This document shows, piece by piece, positions 8,975-19,173 of a stretch of 64,000 bases of DNA (position 1 is its first letter; the number at the start of each line of letters is the position of its first letter). The stretch is from an uncultured Rhodothermales bacterium. GTDB taxonomy: Bacteria > Bacteroidota > Rhodothermia > Rhodothermales > JABDKH01. The DNA is taken from contig CBDUKH010000001.1 in the NCBI GenBank assembly GCA_965367755.1, forward strand, positions 73,810-137,809, given 5' to 3'. Position numbers and translations under genes: made by a program. The notes under the pieces were generated by a model. It had not been told where the DNA came from and did not search any database. It saw only the letters and a program-made list of their open reading frames with translations.

Positions 8975-10732
8975 ATGTGCAAATCACGTCAGATACTGGC
9001 TTCTGCCCTTTTTTTAGCTATCTGTTGCGCTCCCGCAATGGCCCAGCAGAATAACATTGCCAGTGTATCCAACGTTAATTTTCAGGAAGTAAAATCGACC
9101 GGATTCATCCTCGATTCACGCCAGCAGGTGACATTTGAAGCCACACTGCTCAAAGATTCAGACAATATGATGTCACCCTCCTCAGCGTGGGTCATCGACG
9201 GAGTCACGCGGAAGCTCGTTTGGGCGTCCGATGTCAGCGAGGCTCGAAAATCTACCGGACCACTCGTAGTCCAGAAAGAATCCATCACACTTCCTGCTGG
9301 CCCGTACGAAATGTACTACGCGTCCTATATCGATTGGCGCGAAACCGGCAGATGGAAAAAAGTTCGTGGAATCGCCGATGTTGTGAGTACCGTTTTGAAC
9401 GACATCTTCGACAATCATCGTTGGAACGATTGGGATGACATCGATGAGCAATACGAAAAATATGGCGACAAACTTGGACTGGTCGTTTTTGGGAAAAACG
9501 GACGCCTGGAAAGAAGTCCTGAAGCGCTCAGTAGCGAGTTTCTTGCAACAGCTTTCCTGACAATGACCGGCATTGGCGATGACGCTTACGCTGTCGAAGG
9601 TTTTCGTGTTGACCGAGAAGTAGATATCGAAATTTACGCCATCGGCGAAATTGAAGAGGAAGGTCGTTATGACTATGGCTGGATCATGGATTCAGAGTCT
9701 CGTGATGTTGTCTGGTCAATGGACTTTTCGAACACCGCTCCGGCAGGGGGCGCCTGGAAGAATCGTCTTTCACAGTCCAAACTGAGACTGTCGCCTGGAT
9801 CCTACGCTGCGTTCTTCGTAACCGACGGCTCGCATTCTGCCGACGAATGGAATTCTCCTCCTCCCTATGATCCGGACTTTTGGGGAATCTCCCTCAAGGT
9901 CCTTACACCAAATAATCTGAGCAGAATCGAACGTGTCGAGTACCAGAATGTAGACCTCGACAACGCCATAGTCGCAATCCGCAAGGTCAGGGATGACGAA
10001 CATAAATCAGCTGGCTTTAGCATGTCGCAGGCGGGGGCAATACGAATATACACCGTTGGTGAAGGCAGTAATAACGACATGTACGACTATGCATGGATTG
10101 TGGATGCTGCGACCCGAAAACGTGTATGGACCATGGAGTATCGCCAAACGGAGCATGCCGGCGGATCAAGTAAGAACAGAGTCTTTGATGGCGTCATCAC
10201 TCTTCCTGCAGGTGATTACATCGTACACTATGTGTCAGATGGTTCTCACTCTTACGGTGACTGGAACTCAGACAGACCGTATGATTCCGAAGGTTGGGGA
10301 GTTACGATTCTTCCGGCAACCAAAGATGCTAAGTCCATTTTCGAAGTCTACGATGAGTTTTCAGACACAAACGTTATTGCTCGCATCGCTGCCGTACGCG
10401 ATGATTCTTACAAGAAGCAGAGCTTTACCTTAGATCAAGACACCCGAATTCGCATCTACGCGCTTGGCGAGGGAAGTGATGGGGAAATGTATGACTATGG
10501 ATGGATCGAAAACTCGAAATCAGGAAAAGTCGTTTGGGAAATGACGTACCGGATGTCCGAGCATGCCGGAGGATCCAGTAAGAACCGAATGGTAAACAAT
10601 GTTATAGGACTTCCTGCTGGCAACTACACTGTATACTTCCAGACAGACGGATCTCACGCATTTGGTGACTGGAATTCTGCTCCGCCGTCTGACCCTGAGA
10701 ACTGGGGCATGACCGTGATGCGCGCCGAGTAG
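8975..10732 (+). CDS. Secreted hypothetical protein with four internal repeats of an ~100-aa domain
   Basis: Signal peptide ending AMA-Q; repeated YDYGWI...VW-x-M...HAGG..KNR...LPAG-x-Y...DGSH...WNS...WG. Confidence 0.85.
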   Translation: MCKSRQILASALFLAICCAPAMAQQNNIASVSNVNFQEVKSTGFILDSRQQVTFEATLLKDSDNMMSPSSAWVIDGVTRKLVWASDVSEARKSTGPLVVQKESITLPAGPYEMYYASYIDWRETGRWKKVRGIADVVSTVLNDIFDNHRWNDWDDIDEQYEKYGDKLGLVVFGKNGRLERSPEALSSEFLATAFLTMTGIGDDAYAVEGFRVDREVDIEIYAIGEIEEEGRYDYGWIMDSESRDVVWSMDFSNTAPAGGAWKNRLSQSKLRLSPGSYAAFFVTDGSHSADEWNSPPPYDPDFWGISLKVLTPNNLSRIERVEYQNVDLDNAIVAIRKVRDDEHKSAGFSMSQAGAIRIYTVGEGSNNDMYDYAWIVDAATRKRVWTMEYRQTEHAGGSSKNRVFDGVITLPAGDYIVHYVSDGSHSYGDWNSDRPYDSEGWGVTILPATKDAKSIFEVYDEFSDTNVIARIAAVRDDSYKKQSFTLDQDTRIRIYALGEGSDGEMYDYGWIENSKSGKVVWEMTYRMSEHAGGSSKNRMVNNVIGLPAGNYTVYFQTDGSHAFGDWNSAPPSDPENWGMTVMRAE

Positions 10733-10768
10733 ATCTCGCGGTACGGGGAATTAGTGTGTGTCAACCTC

Positions 10769-11512
10769 CTATTCATCATCGAGCATTCGCTCGATGATGT
10801 CGTCCGATCGACGGACACTTCTGTAGTAATATCTGATCCTCCACATCTGAAGTTCTTCCGCCGTCAAGCTGTGCACTGACCCAACGTTGCCCGTTCCGTC
10901 TTTCCTCGACTGACTCAATTGTGCGTGATACAAACAAAGGGCGGCGGCCACGGATACGTTGAAACTCTCCACAAAGCCTGACATCGGGATCTGGCAAACG
11001 ACATCAGCGGCTTTTAATACCGTGTTTGAGATTCCGTCCGCCTCGTTACCCACTATGATTGCAGATCTACGCGAGAAGTCTACTGTCGATATCGGAGTCG
11101 CCCGCTCATCAAGAGATGTCGCAACGATTTGGTAATCTGTCTTCTTCAGGAAGGCGATGCATTCCACTGATGAATCCCATAAGTGAAGGTCAAGCCATTT
11201 GTCCGATCCTTGCGACGATCTTGCCGAGTTTTTGAACTTGCTTTCCGTTCGGATGACGTGAAAGGGAAGAAAACCAAACGCCTCTGCGGTTCGCATGATT
11301 GCACTTACGTTGCCCGTATTGATCGACCCTTCGACGACCGTCGCTATGCCTGTCGTCCGACCAGCAAGTACCGATTCGATTCGATCTCGACGTTGATCGG
11401 TGATAAACTCTCCGAGGGCAGCTTCAACACGTGAAGGACTGATCTCTTGTCCATTGAAAAACAATTTTCCCTGAACGACCGTTAACTTCATCCTCGACTC
11501 GGGTATTTCCAC
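10769..11512 (-). CDS. trmH: SpoU/TrmH-family tRNA (Gm18) 2'-O-methyltransferase
   Basis: GNVSAIMRTAEAFG, VGNEADGIS, IPMSGFVESFNVSVAAA; start uncertain (GTG 11512 or ATG 11491). Confidence 0.85.
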   Translation of the reverse strand: MEIPESRMKLTVVQGKLFFNGQEISPSRVEAALGEFITDQRRDRIESVLAGRTTGIATVVEGSINTGNVSAIMRTAEAFGFLPFHVIRTESKFKNSARSSQGSDKWLDLHLWDSSVECIAFLKKTDYQIVATSLDERATPISTVDFSRRSAIIVGNEADGISNTVLKAADVVCQIPMSGFVESFNVSVAAALCLYHAQLSQSRKDGTGNVGSVHSLTAEELQMWRIRYYYRSVRRSDDIIERMLDDE

Positions 11513-11559
11513 TCATTAATTCTCCTTGCTTCGACGTGCAAGGCTTGAGGCTTAATTAT

Positions 11560-12279
11560 ATGAATTTGAAAAGCAAAGTGGCGGTTGTTACAGGAGCCTC
11601 CAGCGGTATCGGTACCTCCATGGCAAAAATGCTTGTTGCTGATGGTGCTGTTGTCTACGGTCTTGCCAGAAGCAAAGACAAATTAAAGGCCCTCGCAGAG
11701 GAGATCGGCGACCATTTCATTCCAGTGGAGTGCGATGTGCGATCACCTGAAGTTGTGCGGAATGCGTTCAAGTCCATCAGTCAGTCGGCAGACTCGATTG
11801 ATATCCTTATTAATAACGCCGGCCTTGGGAAATTCGGTGCTATCGAAAGCATGTCCGTAGACGATTTCGACGTCCAATCGGAAACTAACATCCGTGGTAT
11901 TTTTCTTTGTTCGAAGCAGGTAATCCCGCACATGCGAAAGCAGAATGATGCGAATGGTTTCGGCGGTCACATCGTCAACATTGCTTCGGTTGCGGGGCTT
12001 GTTGCCAACGCAACTCTTGGAGTCTATAACGCGACAAAGTTTGCCGTTCGTGGACTCAGCGAGTCTATGATGAAAGAACTACGATACGACGGTATCAAGG
12101 TGTCGTGTGTCTATCCTGGTTCCATTCGGACAAAGTTTTTTGATACGGCTGAAGTTGAACTGCAGGGTCATCCCATGGAAGCAGATTCCGTTGCTGAAAC
12201 TGTTCTACACTTGATCAAAACTCCTCAAAACTATCTAATCTCAGAGGTGGTCATGCGCCCCTTACGTCCAAGGCCGTAG
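11560..12279 (+). CDS. SDR family oxidoreductase
   Basis: TGASSGIG, NNAG, catalytic YNATK. Confidence 0.93.
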   Translation: MNLKSKVAVVTGASSGIGTSMAKMLVADGAVVYGLARSKDKLKALAEEIGDHFIPVECDVRSPEVVRNAFKSISQSADSIDILINNAGLGKFGAIESMSVDDFDVQSETNIRGIFLCSKQVIPHMRKQNDANGFGGHIVNIASVAGLVANATLGVYNATKFAVRGLSESMMKELRYDGIKVSCVYPGSIRTKFFDTAEVELQGHPMEADSVAETVLHLIKTPQNYLISEVVMRPLRPRP

Positions 12280-12323
12280 ATCACTATCTTCAGTCAACGG
12301 AGACATCATTGCGGAGACGTTTT

Positions 12324-13439
12324 ATGAAGCGAAGAAAGTTTATTGTAGCAGCAGGAACGGGTTTGGTAGGAGCGTCTATTGTCGGCTGCAACAGTTCCGA
12401 TGGTGAAACAGGAGCGGGCCCGGCCATCCAAACATCTCCACGGGTCACATGGAGATTGGCATCCAGCTTCTCACGTTCGCTTGACACAATCTATGGCGCA
12501 TCTGACGTTCTTGCTGAACGAGTCTCCGCAATCACGGACGGCAAGTTTACAATTCGAAGCTATCCGGGCGGTGAGCTCGTGCCAGCCCTTGAAGTTCTCG
12601 GTTCCGTTCAGAATGGAACAGTCCAGATGGGACATTCTGCTTCCTACTACTACACAGGAAAAAACCCCGCTCTGGCGTTCGACACATGTGTTCCTTTTGG
12701 AATGACCGTACGGCAATACAACGCATGGGTCCAATATGGTGGAGGAATGGATCTGCTGCGATCCATGTTTTCGGACTTTAACATCATCAATCTATCGGGT
12801 GGCAATACCGGCGTCCAGATGGGTGGATGGTTCAGACGTGAGGTAAACTCCCTAACCGATCTCCGGGGAATCAAAATGCGGATTCCAGGCCTCGGAGGTA
12901 GTGTTATGGATCGCCTGGGTGTATCAGTTCAAGTGATTGCATCCGGCGATATCTATCCCGCTCTCGAGCGAGGTGTAATCGATGCCTCCGAATGGGTTGG
13001 CCCGTACGATGACGAGAAGTTGGGACTCAATAAGGTTGCCCGATTTTATTATTATCCCGGCTGGTGGGAGCCCGGACCAGGGCTGTCCTTCTACGTCAAC
13101 AAGGCAGCGTGGGATAAACTTCCGACGGCATACAAGGAAGCACTCGTTACAGCATCAGCTCAGGCCAGTGCCGACATGCAAGCCAAATACGATGCGAAGA
13201 ATCCTCCAGCACTCCAAAGATTGATCGCTGACGGGACGCAGGTACGACGATTTTCTGATGATGTGATGGCTGCGGCAGAAGAACAGTCACGCGATATCAT
13301 GAATGACTACGCGTCCAACGACGCGCAGTACAAGGCAATCTACGATTCCTTCCGCGAGTTCAAGCAACAGAGCGATACGTGGATGAACACAGCCGAGAAG
13401 GCGTACGCTGACTTTGCGTTCACACCTTCTGCAACCTGA
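12324..13439 (+). CDS. dctP: TRAP transporter substrate-binding protein (TakP/FcbT1-type), Tat lipoprotein signal
   Basis: KRRKFI twin-arginine plus IVGC lipobox; KMRIPGLG, EWVGPYDD, YYYPGWWEPG. Confidence 0.93.
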   Translation: MKRRKFIVAAGTGLVGASIVGCNSSDGETGAGPAIQTSPRVTWRLASSFSRSLDTIYGASDVLAERVSAITDGKFTIRSYPGGELVPALEVLGSVQNGTVQMGHSASYYYTGKNPALAFDTCVPFGMTVRQYNAWVQYGGGMDLLRSMFSDFNIINLSGGNTGVQMGGWFRREVNSLTDLRGIKMRIPGLGGSVMDRLGVSVQVIASGDIYPALERGVIDASEWVGPYDDEKLGLNKVARFYYYPGWWEPGPGLSFYVNKAAWDKLPTAYKEALVTASAQASADMQAKYDAKNPPALQRLIADGTQVRRFSDDVMAAAEEQSRDIMNDYASNDAQYKAIYDSFREFKQQSDTWMNTAEKAYADFAFTPSAT

Positions 13440-13453
13440 CACGGAGTTGTCGC

Positions 13454-14020
13454 ATGAACGCCGAGTATTCTCTGGAGACGAATGTTGCAGCCGATTTCCC
13501 CGTCGTCCTTCAACTGCATGATGAAATCTCGACCCACCTCGACCCGGGTGATACAATTATATCGACTTGCGCCCTATCCGTTTCGGAGTGGTCGATCGCG
13601 AAGCACCTTGAGCACGTCCTCATGGCTAATACATCCGTCAGTGGCGGCCTCAAGGCACTGGTGGAAGGCAACCTCGAAGTAGCCAGCGCTCCTGACATGA
13701 GCCGTCTGGGTAAAATTATTCTGGGCCGCGGAGTGATTCCGCGCGGAAAGGCCAAATCACCTGAGCAGTTTCTACCATCTGAAATTCCCGACAGCAAGCA
13801 TCTTCGTGAGATGCATTCTCTCTGTTCTGAACGATACAGTTTCCTGGAGAACCATCTGGATGCGATCCAGGAAATGGACATCGGTTTCAGGCACCATGTC
13901 TTCGGCGTTTTGTCTGCACCTGTCTGGGTCAGATTTCTTCATGTGCACACCCTGCATCACCTGAAAATCGTGCGGGATATATCGAAGGCTCTTGTTGACC
14001 AATCTCCTCGAAGTTCGTGA
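13454..14020 (+). CDS. DinB-superfamily protein
   Basis: WSIAKHLEH, H-x-VFG-x-L...W...HTLHHL metal-binding pattern. Confidence 0.75.
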   Translation: MNAEYSLETNVAADFPVVLQLHDEISTHLDPGDTIISTCALSVSEWSIAKHLEHVLMANTSVSGGLKALVEGNLEVASAPDMSRLGKIILGRGVIPRGKAKSPEQFLPSEIPDSKHLREMHSLCSERYSFLENHLDAIQEMDIGFRHHVFGVLSAPVWVRFLHVHTLHHLKIVRDISKALVDQSPRSS

Positions 14021-14697
14021 TCGCCGTGCGCCAGTCTAATACCCACACCATCACCACAAGCAGGACCGCAAGATATTACGTCTCTGGAGATCCTGCTTCA
14101 GCCCCGACACTCTGGGTGGCATTGCATGGCTACGGCCAACTGGCAGGTGAATTTATAGACGACTTCGCGAGTGCCGTCAATTCCGAACGTGCTTTCGTTG
14201 CACCTGAGGCTCTCTCACGTTTCTATTTGCGAGCCGGACAGGGAAAGATTGGCGCCAATTGGATGACAGCAGAAGATAGGGAGAATGAGATTGCTGACTA
14301 TGTAAACTATCTCGACAACGTCGTCGCGGCCACGAGGACAAGTGCGACGAAACGGATATTCGTTCTGGGATTTTCTCAGGGATCGGCCACGGCTTGTCGC
14401 TGGTTTGCCTCGTCGGCACAGCGTCTTTCCGGAATTACAATATGGGGAGGCGGCGCACCACCGGACCTCGAAGAAAAGAAATTCATAGATCGATTAGACG
14501 GACGCCCCATGCGATTTTTGCACGGTACCAACGATCAGTACTTTTCTCCAACTCGACTTCGTCTTGAACTCCAGCGCCTGGCTGACTATGGTATTGCCCA
14601 CGAGGCTGTAGAGTATAACGGCGGGCATGAAATACCTGCAGATGTGCTACTCCAAGAGATTGGACAACAGGAAGGCATACGAGATTCAAATGCGTAG
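14017..14697 (+). CDS. Alpha/beta hydrolase (phospholipase/carboxylesterase-like)
   Basis: LHGYGQ, nucleophile elbow GFSQG, HGTND, GGH. Confidence 0.9.
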   Translation: MIAVRQSNTHTITTSRTARYYVSGDPASAPTLWVALHGYGQLAGEFIDDFASAVNSERAFVAPEALSRFYLRAGQGKIGANWMTAEDRENEIADYVNYLDNVVAATRTSATKRIFVLGFSQGSATACRWFASSAQRLSGITIWGGGAPPDLEEKKFIDRLDGRPMRFLHGTNDQYFSPTRLRLELQRLADYGIAHEAVEYNGGHEIPADVLLQEIGQQEGIRDSNA

Positions 14698-14832
14698 ACT
14701 GGACATAGAATTCTATCCGAAATGCGTGTCTGAAAATTCGCTATCATAAATCAGCGGCGCTGACCCGGCAGCGCTTCGGAGCAGACTTGCTCGTCCTGAA
14801 ATAAAACATTCGGCTTAGGCAGGAGGGATGAA

Positions 14833-15297
14833 ATGAACAAGTCAATGGATCTTGGACTTCTGGTTATTCGGCTTGGGGTTGGGGGGTCCGTACTAGCATT
14901 TCGCGCTCTTGGCAATCTTTTTGGCGGGCCTGAGCTCTGGTCTCATAGCGGCTCTTTCATCTTCGAAACAAGCATCAATATTTCTCCGGAAATAGTCGGA
15001 GCAACCCTGGCTATCCTGGAGTGCCTCGGCGGCTTGATGTTAATTACAGGCGCACTTTTTCGAACCGGGGCCTTCCTGTTGATCTTGACTGCTATTCCCG
15101 GTCTAATGTATCAGTTGGGAACAGCTACCGGATCGGCTTATGCAGGCCTTGGAAGTTCGTTCGTATCTATCGTTCTGCTAAGTGTATATCTCGGACTCTT
15201 GATAAGCGGCCCCGGTGCGATGGCGATGAGGCTCTTCTCTCGCTCCTCTGGCGGTGCCAACGAAGAACCCTTACCCACGTTCGACTCGCTGAGCTAG
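14833..15297 (+). CDS. DoxX-family membrane protein
   Basis: LGLLVIRL, E-x-LGGLM-x-I-x-G, SGPG; four hydrophobic segments; strong RBS AGGAGG. Confidence 0.82.
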   Translation: MNKSMDLGLLVIRLGVGGSVLAFRALGNLFGGPELWSHSGSFIFETSINISPEIVGATLAILECLGGLMLITGALFRTGAFLLILTAIPGLMYQLGTATGSAYAGLGSSFVSIVLLSVYLGLLISGPGAMAMRLFSRSSGGANEEPLPTFDSLS

Positions 15298-15298
15298 C

Positions 15299-16033
15299 AT
15301 GATCCGACGTGCGACATCGTATCTGCTGCTTGTCCTGGTAGTAGGCTGTGTGTCGGATGGAGATCAGACGGCGCCGACAACATCCCGGATTGCTGCAACC
15401 TCGGCTCCACCGTCGACTGTTCTGAACGCCGCCTTCCTTGTCACCGAAACTGTTTTCAATAGCGAGTTGATGGCGCCATATGACATTTTCCACCATACCA
15501 TTTTCCGTGATAGTGCAGCCTACATACGACCTTTTATTATTTCCCCTGACGGCGCTGCTGTGACCACGTTCGAAGGCTTGACCATTAGTAGCCATTACTC
15601 ATTTGACACCGCACCAGATATCGATATCCTGGTGATTCCGAGCACCAACAACTCGATGGGTTCGGATCTAGAGGACGCGACTCTGATCGACTGGATCAAT
15701 CGAACATCGCAGAAGGCTACGTGGGTGATTACACTATGCGACGGAGCATTTCCGCTGGCACAAGCTGGCCTGCTTGACGGACGTGTTGCCACAACCTTTC
15801 CAGGTGACCGCCAAGCATTTGCCGAGATGTTTCCATCGATCGATGTGCGCTTCGATCAGGAATTTGTTGTTGACGGGAAGTTCATTACGTCCGTCGGAGG
15901 AGCAAAAAGTTATGATCCGGCGCTATTCCTGGTCGAGACAGTGTATTCGAAAGATTCTGCCGAGCGAACGGCGGAAGGAATGGTGATTGATTGGAATCTG
16001 GCTGATATTCCACATCTTGTCGTTGAACAGTAA
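15299..16033 (+). CDS. DJ-1/PfpI family lipoprotein
   Basis: Lipobox VVGC, catalytic TLCDGA, LLDGRVATT, GKFITSVGG. Confidence 0.88.
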   Translation: MIRRATSYLLLVLVVGCVSDGDQTAPTTSRIAATSAPPSTVLNAAFLVTETVFNSELMAPYDIFHHTIFRDSAAYIRPFIISPDGAAVTTFEGLTISSHYSFDTAPDIDILVIPSTNNSMGSDLEDATLIDWINRTSQKATWVITLCDGAFPLAQAGLLDGRVATTFPGDRQAFAEMFPSIDVRFDQEFVVDGKFITSVGGAKSYDPALFLVETVYSKDSAERTAEGMVIDWNLADIPHLVVEQ

Positions 16034-16081
16034 GCAGCTCCAGACCAATCGACGAACTGCAGACTGAACCACTAATACAGT

Positions 16082-17356
16082 TTACCGATTCTCTATTGAG
16101 AGATATGGTCGCTGATTACTTCCCGTATAGATTTGCCGAGGGCGATGGATGCGGGCAGCAGGATCTTTCTTCATTTCCAGCCACTGGGCTATCCAACCCG
16201 GCATGCGTCCCATCGAGAACATGACGGTAAACATGTTAGTCGGTATTCCCATGGCGCGGTAGAGGATGCCGCTATAGAAATCGACGTTGGGGTACAACTT
16301 CCGTTCTGCGAAGTACTCGTCCTTCAGTGCCGCTGCCTCAAGTTCTTTCGCTACATCAAGCAACGGGTCCTGAATTCCCAACTCATTCAAAATACGGTCG
16401 GCGGTCTTTTTAATGACGCGAGCGCGAGGATCAAAGTTTTTATAGACGCGGTGCCCGAAGCCCATGAGTCGGAACGGATCCTCTTTGTCTTTTGCTTTTT
16501 CGATGTACTTCTTATGATTGCCACCATCATTCATAATGCGCTCGAGCATCAGAATAACTTCCTGATTGGCCTTGCCATGTAGAGGACCGGACAGAGCACT
16601 GATGCCGGCTGAAATGGAAGCAAAAAGATCGGCGCCACTGCTGCCAACCATCCTGACTGTTGAGGTGCTGCAGTTCTGTTCGTGGTCGGCATGAAGAATA
16701 AGCAGAACGTCGAGCGCCTGAGTCAGGAGTTCGGGCATGATGTACGTCTCAGCCGGAACGGCAAACATCATGTGCATGAAATCCGGTGCATAGCTTAAGC
16801 CATTGCGGGGATACACGTACGGATGCCCAATTGATTTTTTATATGAGAATGCGGCGATCGTTTTCAGCTTGGAAATCAATCTGATGATATTCAATTCCTG
16901 TACAGCTGGATCTTCCGAGTCAGGATAATACGCCGCCAACGACGCTACCATTGCGGAAAGCACGCTCATGGGGTGTGCGCTTGGTGGATAGCCTTCGAAG
17001 AATTTTTTCATGTCTTCGTGCAGCATACTGTGATAAGTAAGCTTGTGCTTGAAGACTTCCAGCTGGTCGGACGTGGGAAGCTCGCCATAGACGAGAAGGT
17101 AGCAGACTTCTACAAAAGAAGACTTTTCAGCAAGCTCTTCTATGCCGTATCCGCGGTAGCGAAGTATTCCTTCTTCCCCGTTGATGAATGTGATGGCACT
17201 TTCGCATGACCCGGTGTTACCGTACCCGGTATCCAGAGTAACGGCTCCAGATTCTGCTCGAAGTTTTCGAATGTTGATTCCGACCTCACCTTCAGTCCCA
17301 ACGACTGTCGGTAGTTCATAGGTCTTGCCTTCGAGTTCCAGTTTTGCGCTATCCAT
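16082..17356 (-). CDS. gltA: Citrate synthase
   Basis: ILRYRGY, LHADHEQNCST, GPLHG, GFGHRVYKNFDPRA, YPNVDFYSG. Confidence 0.98.
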   Translation of the reverse strand: MDSAKLELEGKTYELPTVVGTEGEVGINIRKLRAESGAVTLDTGYGNTGSCESAITFINGEEGILRYRGYGIEELAEKSSFVEVCYLLVYGELPTSDQLEVFKHKLTYHSMLHEDMKKFFEGYPPSAHPMSVLSAMVASLAAYYPDSEDPAVQELNIIRLISKLKTIAAFSYKKSIGHPYVYPRNGLSYAPDFMHMMFAVPAETYIMPELLTQALDVLLILHADHEQNCSTSTVRMVGSSGADLFASISAGISALSGPLHGKANQEVILMLERIMNDGGNHKKYIEKAKDKEDPFRLMGFGHRVYKNFDPRARVIKKTADRILNELGIQDPLLDVAKELEAAALKDEYFAERKLYPNVDFYSGILYRAMGIPTNMFTVMFSMGRMPGWIAQWLEMKKDPAARIHRPRQIYTGSNQRPYLSIENR

Positions 17357-17651
17357 ACTTTACCGTTTCCGTACTGTGCCGTTATCATTGGCTATTATCG
17401 TTGCCACTAAACGCGATCCAGGATCATCGTGGCCTTCATCCATACTTGACTTCAGCCGTACAAATTGCCTCAATCGGGTCGCGGAAAATACAAAGAGGGT
17501 ATCTTTCAAACTAGCGATATTATCGCTAACACGTGGTACGCATAGAGGATTCATCGTCCTCGACCTCGCGAAGTATATTTGTCGGCTGCTCCGTTCGACT
17601 ACTAGTCAGTCTAATTTGTACATTTGCAACAACCTTTGACATACATGAGAT

Positions 17652-18500
17652 ATGGCTCTACGTAGTGACGACCCGCAACTTGCGGCATTGCCTGGATGGC
17701 GGGGCAAGCTGAATGCGATAATTTTTGGCGCTGAAACGCCTTCGGGACGAGCATTCGATATTGCGCTCATTATCATCATCATGTTGAGCGTTGTTACCGT
17801 GATGTGTGAAAGCATCCAGTCGGTACGAACGGAGTATGCTACGACGCTTGCGGTTCTTGAATGGCTGTTCACCATTCTGTTCACCATTGAGTATGTTTTG
17901 AGGCTCCTGTGTGCCGCCAGGCCTCTGAAATATGTGACCAGCTTCTTCGGTGTTATTGACCTACTGGCCACGATTCCGACCTACCTGTCTCTCCTCATCC
18001 CAGGTGCACAATTTTTCGTAGTTATTCGACTGCTCCGAATCCTCCGAGTATTCCGGGTACTGAAGCTGGCCCGGTTCCTGTCGGAAGCAGACATCCTCAT
18101 GAAGGCACTTCGACAGAGTCGCCACAAGATTCTGATTTTCATGTCTGCGGTGCTGACACTCGTCGTCATTCTCGGGTCACTCATGTATCTGATAGAGGGC
18201 AGGGAAAACGGTTTTACTTCGATTCCGAGGAGTATCTATTGGGCAATCGTAACGCTGACTACAGTTGGGTACGGAGATATTTCTCCGCAAACAAATCTGG
18301 GACAGGTGCTGGCATCCATCGTCATGATTATGGGCTATGCAATCATCGCCGTTCCGACGGGAATTGTAACCGCAGAAATGGTCGCGTCGGCGCGGTCAAG
18401 CCAACGGTTTTGTGCTGAATGCCGGGTTGGTGGTCATGATGACGACGCGAGGTACTGCAAGTACTGCAGCCAGCCCTTAACCGAGGTAACCCGCAAATAG
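17652..18500 (+). CDS. Voltage-gated-type potassium channel (ion transporter) with C-terminal Cys cluster
   Basis: S4-like RLLRILRVFRVLKLAR, filter TTVGYGD, CAEC...CKYC. Confidence 0.93.
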   Translation: MALRSDDPQLAALPGWRGKLNAIIFGAETPSGRAFDIALIIIIMLSVVTVMCESIQSVRTEYATTLAVLEWLFTILFTIEYVLRLLCAARPLKYVTSFFGVIDLLATIPTYLSLLIPGAQFFVVIRLLRILRVFRVLKLARFLSEADILMKALRQSRHKILIFMSAVLTLVVILGSLMYLIEGRENGFTSIPRSIYWAIVTLTTVGYGDISPQTNLGQVLASIVMIMGYAIIAVPTGIVTAEMVASARSSQRFCAECRVGGHDDDARYCKYCSQPLTEVTRK

Positions 18501-19147
18501 TGAAGTCACCGCCAATACAATCGCAGGTCCTGAACGAGGTCATGTCGTTCTGTAGTCGGCCCGATTTGTTCAATCAATACAGAGACTCGCTACCTGAAGA
18601 CGAAGCTGAAGCGTACAAAACACGCACAGCCCAACTTTCAACCTATCTCTCAATGTATGACGAGCCCCCGGCGACATTTATTCTTGCTGAAGCCCCCGGA
18701 CCGTGGGGATGTCGGTATACGGGAATCCCAATTACGTCGGAGGTGCAACTGATCCAGGACAATTTCCCGATTGCAGGACGCCCGTGTACTGTTGGGGAGC
18801 CTCGGGCGGAGTATAGTGCTGGCATATTCTGGCGGGTACTGCAGGGGTACGCAGATCAGTTCGTAGTGTGGAATGCCGTCCCTTTCCATCCGCATCATGC
18901 CGGTGAACCTGACTCAATTCGAACGCCGCGGAGCGACGAAATAAAAGAGTTTTCGAAGATCACGGCGCTGGTGCTCGAGCTTTTCCGACCCATGAAGGTA
19001 CTTGCCCTTGGACGACGTGCCGAAAGTCAACTGTCACACCTGGGGATCGACTCGCACTACGTTCGTCACCCCTCACAGGGTGGCGCGAGATTGTTCGAGA
19101 AAGGTATGCTGGAAATTTTTGGGCGGGATATCAATTCTTTAGATTAG
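18500..19147 (+). CDS. Uracil-DNA glycosylase superfamily protein
   Basis: AEAPG-x-x-G-x-x-x-TGIP, WNAVPFHPH, LALGR, VRHPS. Confidence 0.82.
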   Translation: MKSPPIQSQVLNEVMSFCSRPDLFNQYRDSLPEDEAEAYKTRTAQLSTYLSMYDEPPATFILAEAPGPWGCRYTGIPITSEVQLIQDNFPIAGRPCTVGEPRAEYSAGIFWRVLQGYADQFVVWNAVPFHPHHAGEPDSIRTPRSDEIKEFSKITALVLELFRPMKVLALGRRAESQLSHLGIDSHYVRHPSQGGARLFEKGMLEIFGRDINSLD

Positions 19148-19173
19148 TTGTTCGCACTTCGAGGCAGTAAGTT

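Noticed and set aside
17619-17626. TAnnTTTG Bacteroidota-type -7 promoter elements (TACATTTG here, TAGATTTG at 38938)
   Set aside because: Short motif without a convincing TTTG -33 element; cannot be supported without TSS data.
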